A stretch of 64,000 nt of DNA, from positions 262,715-326,714 of the forward strand of contig CAVYIK010000003.1 of assembly GCA_963768625.1 (NCBI GenBank), written 5' to 3'. The stretch's first letter is position 1; every line of letters begins with the position of its first letter. The notes beneath the pieces are model-generated. The model worked only from the letters and a program-made list of their open reading frames with translations. It ran no database searches and was not told where the DNA came from. This DNA is from an uncultured bacterium (GTDB lineage Bacteria > Patescibacteriota > Minisyncoccia > UBA6257 > 2-01-FULL-56-20). This document shows, piece after piece, positions 1 to 9,395 of this stretch. The position numbers were made by a program, and so were the translations under genes.

Positions 1-161
1 TCCGATTGCAGGTTCGCCTCGTCGAACTTTGCCTTCGTAAGCCGCGCTTCGATGTCGGCGAGGTCGGCGGAGAGCTGCCGCTCCTGCGCAAAGAACGCAT
101 ACACCCTTGTACCCACGAGGATGAGGACGATTGCCAAAGCAATTGTTCCCACGATCTTCAT
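1..161 (-). CDS. Partial small membrane-anchored coiled-coil protein (FtsB/DivIC-like candidate); C-terminus lies off the window
   Basis: The ATG at 161..159 overlaps the lepA stop (ATGA). It translates as MKIVGTIALAIVLILVGTRVYAFFAQERQLSADLADIEARLTKAKFDEANLQS, one TM helix followed by a coiled-coil-like segment. It runs off the left edge, so it is absent from the ORF track. Confidence 0.35.
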   Translation of the reverse strand, partial: MKIVGTIALAIVLILVGTRVYAFFAQERQLSADLADIEARLTKAKFDEANLQS

Positions 162-1945
162 TTCTTTAGTATCTCGCGGAATACTTCGGGCGACAACTCC
201 ACGCGCGCCATGCTTTGCAGCCGCTCCTTGCCACGCTGCTGCTTTTTCCAAAGTTTCATCTTCCGCGTGCGGTCGCCGCCGGTCTTCCCGAAATTGCCGA
301 GCAGTTTCTTCATCGCGGGGATCGTCTCGCGCGCAATGATCCTGCCCAAGGCCCTTGCCTGCAGTGCCTGTGAGAACTGTTCTTTCGGTAGCAGCGTCTT
401 CAGACGCTCCACCGTCTGCCGCCCTTCCCGTTCAAGGTCCTTCTTTGGCACGATGCGCGTGAGCGCCGGCACCACTTCATCCACAATCAATATCTCCAGT
501 TTCTCCACCTCCGCCTCCTGCTCGCCCGCAAGTTCGTAGGTAAAGGACGCATATCCCTGCGAAACGGATTTTAGGCGGTCATCAAAATCGCGGATGAGCT
601 CGCGGAGCGGCATCTTCGCCTCAACGAGCAGGTTTTCGCCGATGTTCGTCACGTGCCCGATCTCAATATCAAACACTGTCTGCAGGTTCACGACGGCGCT
701 CAAAAATCTCTGGGGCGTGAGGACCTCCATACCTACGATTGGCTCCCAGATCTTTTCCGGTTTGTCCGGGAAATCCTGCGGCTGGGTCACCGTCCGCACG
801 ACGCCCTTGTCCTGTACGCGGTACGCGATGGAAGGGAAACTCGTCAAAAAATCCAACTTGAAATCATCTTTCAGGCGGCTCGCCGTGATCTCAAAATGGA
901 GCTGGCCCAAGAACCCGACCTTGAGTCCCCTGCCCAAGGCCTCGTTCGCATCTGGCTCAAAAGAAAGCGCGGCGTCCGTAAGCCGCAACCGTTCAAGCGC
1001 CTTTTTCAGATCTTCGAATTTCGTCACGCCGTCGGGATAGAACGCGATGAACACCACCGGCGCCGCCTCGCGATAGCCGGACAAGGGCGCCGCCTTCGTG
1101 CCGCCCATTCCCGCGCGCGCGACAGTGTCACCGATCGCGACCAGCGTCGGCTCCTTGAGCCCCGTTGCGACATAGCCGATCTCGCCGTCCGTGAGCTTTG
1201 GCACCGCCTTGAGGTCCGGCGAAAAGTATCCAACCTCTTTCGGCTTGAACTTCGCGCGCGTGGCAAGCAGATGCATCTCGTCCGCAGTGCCGAACTCGCC
1301 ACCGAATACGCGCACGAACGCAATAATGCCCTTATGGTCATCGTAGAGCGAATCAAAGATAAGCGCGCGCTCGGCGCTCGTTTCTTCTTTGCGCGCCGTG
1401 GGCGGCGGCACCGCGCGCACGACCGCTTCCAAAAGCTCCTGCACTCCTTCGCCCGTCTTTGCGGACACGCAGAACACTTTTTCTTTTGGCACGCGGAGGA
1501 GATCGGCCGTCGCCTGCACGACCGATTCCAAATGCGGCAGCGCAAGATCGATCTTGTTCACTGCGGGGATGAGCGTGAGCCCGGCCTTCTGCGCCGCGCG
1601 CAAATTGGAAAGCGTCTGCGCCTGAATGCCCTTCGTTGCGTCCACCAAGATGATCCCCCCTTCCACCGCAGCGAGCGCGCGGGAAACCTCGTACGAAAAA
1701 TCCGAGTGCCCCGGCGTATCAATGAGGTTCAATTCGTATTCCACGCTGTCCACCTTGTATGCCATCCGGACCGGCGCCATTTTGATCGTGATCCCCCGCT
1801 CGCGCTCCAGGGGCAGCCGGTCCAAATATTGCGCGCGCATGGAGCGCATGGGCACCGTTCCCGTGAGCTCCAAAAGGCGGTCGGCAAGCGTGGACTTGCC
1901 CGAGTCAATGTGGGCAATGATGACGAAGTTGCGGATCTGCTTCAT
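158..1945 (-). CDS. lepA: Elongation factor 4 (LepA)
   Basis: Intact 595-aa ORF. It has the N-terminal GTPase motifs AHIDSGKST and DTPGH and a LepA-specific C-terminal region. Confidence 0.95.
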   Translation of the reverse strand: MKQIRNFVIIAHIDSGKSTLADRLLELTGTVPMRSMRAQYLDRLPLERERGITIKMAPVRMAYKVDSVEYELNLIDTPGHSDFSYEVSRALAAVEGGIILVDATKGIQAQTLSNLRAAQKAGLTLIPAVNKIDLALPHLESVVQATADLLRVPKEKVFCVSAKTGEGVQELLEAVVRAVPPPTARKEETSAERALIFDSLYDDHKGIIAFVRVFGGEFGTADEMHLLATRAKFKPKEVGYFSPDLKAVPKLTDGEIGYVATGLKEPTLVAIGDTVARAGMGGTKAAPLSGYREAAPVVFIAFYPDGVTKFEDLKKALERLRLTDAALSFEPDANEALGRGLKVGFLGQLHFEITASRLKDDFKLDFLTSFPSIAYRVQDKGVVRTVTQPQDFPDKPEKIWEPIVGMEVLTPQRFLSAVVNLQTVFDIEIGHVTNIGENLLVEAKMPLRELIRDFDDRLKSVSQGYASFTYELAGEQEAEVEKLEILIVDEVVPALTRIVPKKDLEREGRQTVERLKTLLPKEQFSQALQARALGRIIARETIPAMKKLLGNFGKTGGDRTRKMKLWKKQQRGKERLQSMARVELSPEVFREILKK

Positions 1946-3972
1946 TGGGTTATCTTCTCCAATGTGAGCGTCACCGTCAACCGCCCGGGCAGGTCATCGG
2001 ACGTATAAAGATATGACGCCAAACCGCCGTTCTCCATAAATGCATAACCGAGCGGCGCATCGATCTCAATCGAATAATGGCGTGTCGTGCCCGCCTGCTT
2101 TTCAAAAACGAACTGGTATTGGACGCCAGGCGCGGGCGGCGCGAAAAGCCGATGGGTGTAGTCAAGCGCTACCTGCGTTGATGCGCCCGCCTTCACCGTG
2201 GACCACGTTCCAAACACCTGGTCGCCCGATTCGGTGTGCCAGGCGACGCCGGGATATCCGAAGAGTGTCTGCTCCGTAGACTCGATGCTCGCAACGAGCG
2301 GATCCGTGCTATAGGCGCTCTTTGCATAGTTCACGGATGGCGTTATCTTCTTCGCAACCGTGCCTGATGCGTTCGTGATCGTGGATCCCGGCGGGACAAA
2401 AAATTGGAGATAATCCTGATTGGTTGTTTTATACCACCAATAGGGGCTCTTATTGCCATTGTGCTTGCGCACGACGACCACGTGGGTCGCTATCGTGCCG
2501 TCCGGGTTGATCACGCCGGTATAGGAAACGGTACTTGAAACGTAAAGATCGGATTTTCCGCCATTCACGTTCGCGTCTACTACGGCGAGATAGTCGCCAT
2601 TGAACTTTTGGGGTAGTTCGTAAACAGCGCCGTCCGCATCATAGGCATCCGCGAAGTTTTCAAGGTCCTGGTTTTTGAAATAGACCATGACATCTTTCTT
2701 CGCGACCCAATTGAACGCCATGCTCAATAATCCCTGCTCCTCGGTGGCAATCGAAGAGGAAACGGTAAGCTTGGCGAAGATCCCCTGCGAAAGGTCGCGG
2801 AGTACCTGTTTCGGATAGGTCGCGGAGGTCGCTTGGCCGTTCTGTACGATCTTCTGGATCTGGGCCAGCAAATTATCGGCAGTAAAGGTGGTACTGGGGT
2901 TCCCTGCGGTTATGGGTCCCGTCACGGATAAAAGATCGCTTACTACTTTCGGGGAGACGGCGATCGCGCCATCAAACGTGGTGGAAGTATCTGCGTACAG
3001 GCCTGATACCTCAAAGAACTGGATTGTCTTTGAAGCCGAGGTGGGGAAATCGAAGAACCAGTTCGCATCCGCCGGCCGCCATCGCGCGACCTCAAGCTGT
3101 AGCGGCTTCGGCGGGATGATGTTCTCGCGGAACGCCGCGTCAACGTCCGCAACATCGTGCACGTCCACGCTCACGATCTTTTTGTTCGCGATCGTGACGT
3201 CGGCGTAGCTGCCCAAAAATCCTCCGGCGGGCCGGATCTCGGACGGATTTTGAAAGAGGACAAGGACGTGGTGCGTCGCGGGGTCCGAAAGCCAGGGCAC
3301 GAGGGCGTCCAGGAAACTTTTTGCCCCTTCGATCTGGGCCTTGAGTGAAAGATAGTCGCCGGTGTTCGCGAGCGACGAAAATCCGCCCACGAAGGACGCC
3401 GCGCTCGAAAGCTTATCGCTCTCGGCATCGATCGTTCCCAGCGTATCGCGCATCTGGCCAAGCTCGGCCGTAAGCGGCCCCGCATCGCCATCCGTGAGGA
3501 AAGCGAGCGAGCTCGATTCGGCAGCGCCTATTTCCTGCGAAAAAAGCGCCAGCTGTCCCGAGAGGCTGGAAAGTGAACCGATCACGTTCCCGCCTCCTTT
3601 AAAAAGCGACCCTAACGCCCCAAAGAGCGTACCCGGGTCGACCGAAGAAGCATTTTGCAAGGAAGAAAATTCCTGCGCTGCCGATTGTGGATCCAGATTT
3701 TGCAGGTCGGTGACCCCCGCGTGCAACGCAGTGAGGTTGTCCGCGACCGCGCTCGATACTCTGCTGCGGAACGCATAGAAAGAGGCAATGGATCCGCCGA
3801 TAAAAAGGACAATAAGCCCCGCGATGCCCCATGCAATACCTTTCGGGAGCCCTGAATGTTTGCGCGAGCCCGGCATTTTCTCCAGCCCCTCATCCTTCGG
3901 TTCAGTCTTGATCACCCGGACGAGTGCGTCAGGATGGATGTCGTCTTCTCTCTTTTCCGGTGACACTCCCAT
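1942..3972 (-). CDS. DUF4012-family membrane-anchored protein
   Basis: Start trimmed to MGVSPEK at 3972. It has an N-terminal TM helix (GIAWGIAGLIVLFIGGSIASFYAF) and the motif RPAGGFLGSYADVT typical of DUF4012. It overlaps the lepA start by 4 nt. Confidence 0.7.
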   Translation of the reverse strand: MGVSPEKREDDIHPDALVRVIKTEPKDEGLEKMPGSRKHSGLPKGIAWGIAGLIVLFIGGSIASFYAFRSRVSSAVADNLTALHAGVTDLQNLDPQSAAQEFSSLQNASSVDPGTLFGALGSLFKGGGNVIGSLSSLSGQLALFSQEIGAAESSSLAFLTDGDAGPLTAELGQMRDTLGTIDAESDKLSSAASFVGGFSSLANTGDYLSLKAQIEGAKSFLDALVPWLSDPATHHVLVLFQNPSEIRPAGGFLGSYADVTIANKKIVSVDVHDVADVDAAFRENIIPPKPLQLEVARWRPADANWFFDFPTSASKTIQFFEVSGLYADTSTTFDGAIAVSPKVVSDLLSVTGPITAGNPSTTFTADNLLAQIQKIVQNGQATSATYPKQVLRDLSQGIFAKLTVSSSIATEEQGLLSMAFNWVAKKDVMVYFKNQDLENFADAYDADGAVYELPQKFNGDYLAVVDANVNGGKSDLYVSSTVSYTGVINPDGTIATHVVVVRKHNGNKSPYWWYKTTNQDYLQFFVPPGSTITNASGTVAKKITPSVNYAKSAYSTDPLVASIESTEQTLFGYPGVAWHTESGDQVFGTWSTVKAGASTQVALDYTHRLFAPPAPGVQYQFVFEKQAGTTRHYSIEIDAPLGYAFMENGGLASYLYTSDDLPGRLTVTLTLEKITQ

Positions 3973-4005
3973 ATGGCCATTATACGGTATAATAAAGGCA
4001 AGGTG

Positions 4006-5958
4006 ATGTTTAAACGAACTTCTTCGGTCTTTGCCTGGTGGGCGCTTGCCCTTGTCTGCCTCGCTTCGTTCTCTCTCATGCTCTGGGCGTCCCGCACGGA
4101 CTCCGCCATCATGGACGAGCTTGCTCACATCCCTGCCGGCTATGGCTACGTGCACAATTTGATTACCGGCTGAACCCCGAGCATCCTCCGCTCATAAAAG
4201 CGCTCGCGATGCTGCCCGTGCTTTTCCTGAATCCCAACTTCCCGACGCAAAGCGACGCCTGGCAGAACCAGGTGAACGCGCAGTGGGATGTTGGCGCACA
4301 ATTCCTCTACCAATCAGGCAATGATGCGGATCGCGATCGTGCAGACCGCGCGCATTTTTCCCGATCCTCATCACGCTCCTCGTCATCCTTTTTATTTATC
4401 TTCTCGCGCGCGGGCTCATGGGCAACTGGTGGGCGCTCCTGCCCGCCACGCTCTTCGGGCTCTCTCCAACCGTGCTCGCGCACGGGCACTACGTGACGAC
4501 GGACGTCGGCGCCGCGTTCGGCATCATCTTCGCCACTTATTTTTTTTTGAAGTTCGTCGAGTCGCCGTCACGGAAACATCTTTGGTACGCCGGGCTCTCC
4601 TTCGGCGTGGCGCAGATCACAAAATTTTCCACGCCGTTCCTTGTGCCGCTTTTCATCTTTCTCGCGTTCGTCCTCTGGCTGCGGAACATCATCATCGAAT
4701 GGCGAACAATGGAGCGGCTCGCGGCGGTTCAAAACGTTCTTCATCCGCGGCCTCCGGTGGCTCTGGCGCCTCATCCTCATTTTTGCCATCGGCTATATCT
4801 TCATCGTCTATCCGATCTATTTCCTCTTCACCGTGCATTATCCGATCGCAAAGCAGGTTTCCGACACGCAATTCATCCTCAGCTCCTTTGCGAATGGGCC
4901 CACGCCCGCGGGCGCACACTGCACCGGCATGCGCTGCCTCGCCGATCTGGATATCTGGATGGCGAAAAATCCCGTGCTCCGACCTCTTGCGCAATATATG
5001 CTCGGCGTGCTCATGGTCCTCCAGCGCGCCGACGGCGGGAACACCATCTATTTCCTGGGGCACGTGGCGGGCGCCGGCGGCTGGATCTATTTCCCGCTCC
5101 TCTTCCTCCTTAAAGAACCGATCCCCACGCTCATCATCGTCTCTTACGGCGCTCGTCCTTGCCGTCTGGTGGATGATCCGCCGCGACCCGCGCGACGGCG
5201 CGGCGGCCGCGGGCAGCGCATCTTGGATTATATCGGCGTGAACTTCGCGGAATTTTCCATGGCATCGTTCATCGTCCTCTATTGGGGCTACAGCATGCAA
5301 AGCCCGCTCAATATCGGCGTCCGGCATCTCATGCCCACGCTTCCCTTCATCTATATCCTCGCCGCCGGCGTCTGGAAAAAATGGGTCACGAACGTGAATG
5401 TGCCTGCGGGTACGCATCACTTTCGCCGCGGTCGGCTGCCGCCGCAAAATCGTTCGTCCGCGCAAGCATCAAATATATTTTCCTCGTCGTCCTGCTTCTT
5501 TGGCTTCTCCTTGAAACGCTTTTTGCCGCGCCGTATTTCCTTTCCTATTTCAACGAATTCGGCGGCGGCATCTGGAACGGCTACCACTACGTGACCGATT
5601 CCAACTACGATTGGGGGCAGGACCTCCTGCGCCTGCAGGCATTCGTAAACGCGCATCCGGAAATGGAAAGATCGCCGTGGATTATTTCGGCGGCGGGAGC
5701 CCGTCGTATAGCTTGGCGACGAAGGAAGTGGACTGGTGGTCAGCCAAGGGCAACCCGGCCGACCAGGGCATCCACTGGCTCGCCGTTTCCGTGAACACGC
5801 TGGAAGGCGCTATCCAGCCGCTCGCGCCCGGACAGGTCCGCAATGCTTCCGACACATACTCGTGGCTCACGGCGCTCCGCCCGCCCGCGCCGGGCATGGG
5901 CAATGTTCCGCAGCCAGACTACCGCGCCGGGACATCCATCTTTATTTATCACCTTTAA
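4006..5958 (+). CDS. GT39/PMT_2-type (ArnT-like) membrane glycosyltransferase, interrupted by at least 5 frameshifts in this assembly
   Basis: One continuous polytopic membrane protein can be read only by hopping between ORF fragments 3973..4173, 4038..4496, 4418..5113, 4641..5594, 5282..5794 and 5611..5958. It starts MFKRTSSVFAWWALALV...DELAHIPAGYGY and ends ...YRAGTSIFIYHL. Confidence 0.6.
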
Positions 5959-6277
5959 GCACTCCCTTCTTTTTATCGCGCCAATTTTCCCAAAGAACGT
6001 TTACTTTTGGTTTCATTTCCTGGACATCCCCCTTCACGGTACGTAAATCTTCCCATAGTACATTCACCTTGGGCTTCATGTCCTGAACATTTTCCTTCAC
6101 CGTGCGCATATCTTCCCATAACGTATTTACTCTGGGCTTCATCTCCCGCACGTCCCCGCTCACCTCATCAAGTTTATCAGTGATCCTTTCCATTTTATCC
6201 AGGATCATCTTTACGAAATATCCTATCGCGGCGAGCGTGGCGCCGAAAAAAGACAAAAGGAAATCAGCAATTGTCAT
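5942..6277 (-). CDS. Small N-terminally anchored protein with three tandem 21-aa repeats
   Basis: 111 aa with an N-terminal TM helix, then the V(R/Q)(E/D)MKP(R/K)VN(T/V)LWE(D/N)... unit three times (63-bp DNA repeats at about 5966..6154). Confidence 0.5.
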   Translation of the reverse strand: MTIADFLLSFFGATLAAIGYFVKMILDKMERITDKLDEVSGDVREMKPRVNTLWEDMRTVKENVQDMKPKVNVLWEDLRTVKGDVQEMKPKVNVLWENWRDKKKGVLKGDK

Positions 6278-6343
6278 ACTGCCACCCTATCATATTGCAC
6301 ATTAAAACTTTATTAAAAGATTAGGACAACTTTCGAATGATAT

Positions 6344-6374
6344 AAAAAAGGCTGATTTCCATTGGAAACCAGCC
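6344..6374 (-). terminator. Rho-independent terminator downstream of ORF 6397..6690
   Basis: Hairpin ggctgatttcc/att/ggaaaccagcc (one mismatch), followed by a U-run on the minus strand (A6 on the plus strand at 6344..6349). Confidence 0.5.
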
Positions 6375-6396
6375 CGACCGCTGATCGTGAACCCGC

Positions 6397-6690
6397 TTAG
6401 TCCTCGTCGCAATGGTGGCACGCCACCACTTCCTGAGCCGTTCTCGTGAGAGCGTTAAGGTGTTCCGTGTCCCGACGATTGAAAACGCCGAAGGTGGTAC
6501 TGGGGATTTTGCCCCAAAGCATGTGTCCGCCAGTGCCAATGGGTCGGCGCGATCTGGGATCGGTGTTTCCCTTCCTTTCCCAGGTCTTTTCTCGGAGGTT
6601 AACTTTCACGTCTCCCGGGAGTCGGTCAACCACTTCCGTGTAGCACACATTTTGTCCAAACCGCAGGAATACTAGATCACTTTGTTCCAT
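6397..6690 (-). CDS. Hypothetical protein (97 aa) in an AT-richer segment
   Basis: An ORF with its own downstream terminator. I recognise no family. The C-terminus carries CHHCDED. Confidence 0.35.
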   Translation of the reverse strand: MEQSDLVFLRFGQNVCYTEVVDRLPGDVKVNLREKTWERKGNTDPRSRRPIGTGGHMLWGKIPSTTFGVFNRRDTEHLNALTRTAQEVVACHHCDED

Positions 6691-6769
6691 GACTTCTCCT
6701 CTGATTCAGTAGGACTCTGGCTGCAAAGATGATAGCTTACGATTACCAATATTTCAATATCCGTCAGTG

Positions 6770-6800
6770 GTGCACGGGGCAGGACGATGTTCGAACAGTT
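6770..6800 (-). repeat. tRNA 3'-end-like fragment (T-loop/acceptor/CCA), copy 1, with a 5-nt insertion
   Basis: The minus strand reads AACTGTTCGAA[CATCG]TCCTGCCCCGTGCACCA. There is no 5' half of a tRNA. It is a direct repeat of 7287..7312. Confidence 0.55.
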
Positions 6801-6836
6801 CTAACGGCCAGCTATTAATGCTACTATGTACGCTAT

Positions 6837-7283
6837 ATGAGGGTATTGGGCGTTGATTGTGCAAATGTTATTTTCTATCCCTGGAGAATGGAAGCGGTTT
6901 CAGATTCCATTAAAAGCTTGCAGGTTTTGGCACGTTCAAACCAATTCGAAAAAATCTATCTCGTTTCGAGAGCGACTATCCTCACCCAAATTTATTATCG
7001 TTTTCGATTGCGGAATCTTAACCTATGGGAACTTACCGGCATCCCAAAAAAGAATCTTCACTTTTGTTGGCGTAATAAACAAAAGGCTGTTATTTGTAGA
7101 AGGTTGGGCATTACCGATTTTGTCGATGACCGCCTGACTGTTTTACGGCACATGGATAACGACATGCACCTTTTTGCATTCCGGCCCAGTGATGAGGATG
7201 TTGAAGATTACCCCGACGTCTTGGTGCGCGCAAAAAAAGTTGCATCGTGGAGCGAACTGGTCACTGCCCTGCTTAAAGAATAA
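6837..7283 (+). CDS. Hypothetical protein, possibly HAD/5'(3')-deoxyribonucleotidase-like
   Basis: 148 aa and AT-richer than its flanks. It has weak HAD-like motifs (LGVDCANVIF near the N-terminus, GITDFVDDR later). It is bracketed exactly by the tRNA-fragment direct repeats. Confidence 0.4.
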   Translation: MRVLGVDCANVIFYPWRMEAVSDSIKSLQVLARSNQFEKIYLVSRATILTQIYYRFRLRNLNLWELTGIPKKNLHFCWRNKQKAVICRRLGITDFVDDRLTVLRHMDNDMHLFAFRPSDEDVEDYPDVLVRAKKVASWSELVTALLKE

Positions 7284-7286
7284 GCT

Positions 7287-7312
7287 GTGCACGGGGCAGG
7301 ATTCGAACAGTT
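7287..7312 (-). repeat. tRNA 3'-end-like fragment, copy 2
   Basis: The minus strand reads AACTGTTCGAATCCTGCCCCGTGCAC, which looks like a T-loop TTCGAAT, T-stem CCTGC and acceptor CCCGTGC. It is identical to copy 1 apart from the 5-nt indel. Confidence 0.55.
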
Positions 7313-7330
7313 TTTAAAAGCGCGCTTGGG

Positions 7331-8146
7331 TTATTTATAGTACGCCCGGTTTTCTATCCTGAAATCAATATATTGTAATTTCGTGAAGTTGGGCTTGGCC
7401 ATCAAGCTTTCAAGGATGGACAGGTCGTCGTCCGCCGGGAAGCGCAGACTGAAATAGAGCGCGGGACCCTCGTAGGTCGTTATATCAATTTCCTGCAACG
7501 CAAGGTCATTCAGCGCTATTGAATTGACTTGTATACCGCTCGCCGTGAGGACCTTTATGATGGAAATGAGATTTGGCGCGAGGCCGTCCGGAAGTATGGC
7601 GTCGTTCAGTCCGAGTCCCTTTTGGGAATTATCATGGATGGCGAACATCAAACTGCCTTCCGTATCGAACGTCCTTTCAAAGAGGACTCCCTGGTCGTCA
7701 AACCAATAGCAACTCTCGTTTACTGTGGTGCCCGACGTGAAGCACCAAATGGCAAAGGGCTGCCGTTCGGTGACATCCGCAGTGATCGTGCGCGAGAGAT
7801 AATCCTTGGAAAGGGTGAGTGAGGCAAGTTGGGGAATATACGAGAGGTCGCTTGCGGGGAGCGTCGCGGGCCAGGCAAGCATGTTCCCGATCCCGAGAAG
7901 CGACGGCCAGAACGGATGGCCGCGGAGGACGTTCCCCTGAAGGAGCGCCAGGATATCCCCGCTTGGCACTGCACTGTTCCCCTGCACCACTATCTTCTGT
8001 ATGCGGAGAATGGGCGACCGGAATACGAGCCACGCTGCCCCGGTAAAAAGCAGCCCGATGGCCGCAAGCACAAGGACGAGAGAAATGTATCTTCGCCGCC
8101 GCTTTCTCTTTTTTTGTTTGTCGGAAAGATAGGAGTCGAGTTCCAT
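7331..8146 (-). CDS. ftsQ: Cell division protein FtsQ/DivIB-like (POTRA domain)
   Basis: 271 aa: a basic N-terminus, one TM helix, then a POTRA-like start (ILRIQKIVVQGNSAVPSGDILALL). Confidence 0.7.
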   Translation of the reverse strand: MELDSYLSDKQKKRKRRRRYISLVLVLAAIGLLFTGAAWLVFRSPILRIQKIVVQGNSAVPSGDILALLQGNVLRGHPFWPSLLGIGNMLAWPATLPASDLSYIPQLASLTLSKDYLSRTITADVTERQPFAIWCFTSGTTVNESCYWFDDQGVLFERTFDTEGSLMFAIHDNSQKGLGLNDAILPDGLAPNLISIIKVLTASGIQVNSIALNDLALQEIDITTYEGPALYFSLRFPADDDLSILESLMAKPNFTKLQYIDFRIENRAYYK

Positions 8147-8189
8147 ATTGTAATGATAGCAGAGCGCCTGCGGCGCGCCGCTCCCGCTC

Positions 8190-9395
8190 CTACCGGACCA
8201 CCCGCTCCATGAGCGGGTTCAAGCGCGTCAAAAATTCATAGTGGACTGTGCCCGATTTCTGCGCCGGCTCCCACGCGAAGATCTCCTCGCCGCCGTCACG
8301 CCCGATGAGCGTCGCAATGTCGCCCGGGCGCGCGCGGCCCCCGGGGGCGATCGCTGTAAGGTCCATTGAAACGCGGCCGAGGACGCGTGCCCGGCGGCCG
8401 TTCACAATGGCCTCGCCCGCGCCGCTTGAGAGCGCGCGGGGGAACCCGTGCCAGTAGCCGATCGGGAGTATCGCCATCATCATATCGTTCGCCACCCGTT
8501 CCGCCATGTCGTAGCCCACATAATCCCCCGCTTTGAGCTGCTTTACTTCGGAGACGACTGCGCGCCAGCTCAAGATCGGATGCAGTTTGATCTTCTTTCC
8601 CAGTTGCACCTCCAGCTCCTTGGACGGCCAGAGGCCGTAGAGCCCGATACCAACGCGCACGGCGTCCAGGTGATATTTTTGGTTTACGAGCGTGCCACCA
8701 GTGGCTGCCGCGTGTTTAATCAAATTTTTAAATCCAGCTTTCTCAAAGAGTTTCGCGGCCTTTTCGAATTTCCCGAACTGGTGGTCGGTGTAGCTTGGAT
8801 AATTGATGTCCTTCGCCGAAGCAAAATGGGTATAGAGTCCAGTCAGCTTGGATTTAATGTTCTTTTGGCGCGCGATGGCCGCAATCACGCGCGGCAGGTC
8901 TTCCAAATAAAACCCCTGGCGATGCATGCCGGTGTCTATCTTTATATGGAACTCCGGCACGGCTCCCGCCCTTGCTCTTTCTTTCACCTTCGCCAATTCC
9001 CGCAACGCTTCAAAATTTGAAATAGTGATCGTTATATTGTGCTTCGTGGCCTCCGCATAGCGCGCAGGCAGCGTATGCCCGAGGACCAAGATCGGCTTTT
9101 TGATGCCATCCCTCCGCAACGCGATCCCCTCCACCAAGCTGTCCACGCAGAACCCGTCTATGCCGAAGCGGTTCATGATCTTCGAAAACGCAAAGAGTCC
9201 GTGCCCGTAGGCGTTGGACTTCACGACCGCCCAGAGCTTTGTCTTCCCGGCATGCCTCCCCGCGCGGCGCGCGGTGAGCTTGCGGAACGTATCATAATTC
9301 TTCCGCGCCGCGCGGGAATCGATCTCTATCCACGTGCGCAAGCCGTCCGGCTGCGGACCGCTGCGTCGCCTAACCGATGACTTCCTTGCCGACAT
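8190..9395 (-). CDS. alr: Alanine racemase
   Basis: 401 aa with a PLP-lysine region (AVVKSNAYGHG) and alanine-racemase N- and C-terminal domain architecture. Confidence 0.9.
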   Translation of the reverse strand: MSARKSSVRRRSGPQPDGLRTWIEIDSRAARKNYDTFRKLTARRAGRHAGKTKLWAVVKSNAYGHGLFAFSKIMNRFGIDGFCVDSLVEGIALRRDGIKKPILVLGHTLPARYAEATKHNITITISNFEALRELAKVKERARAGAVPEFHIKIDTGMHRQGFYLEDLPRVIAAIARQKNIKSKLTGLYTHFASAKDINYPSYTDHQFGKFEKAAKLFEKAGFKNLIKHAAATGGTLVNQKYHLDAVRVGIGLYGLWPSKELEVQLGKKIKLHPILSWRAVVSEVKQLKAGDYVGYDMAERVANDMMMAILPIGYWHGFPRALSSGAGEAIVNGRRARVLGRVSMDLTAIAPGGRARPGDIATLIGRDGGEEIFAWEPAQKSGTVHYEFLTRLNPLMERVVR

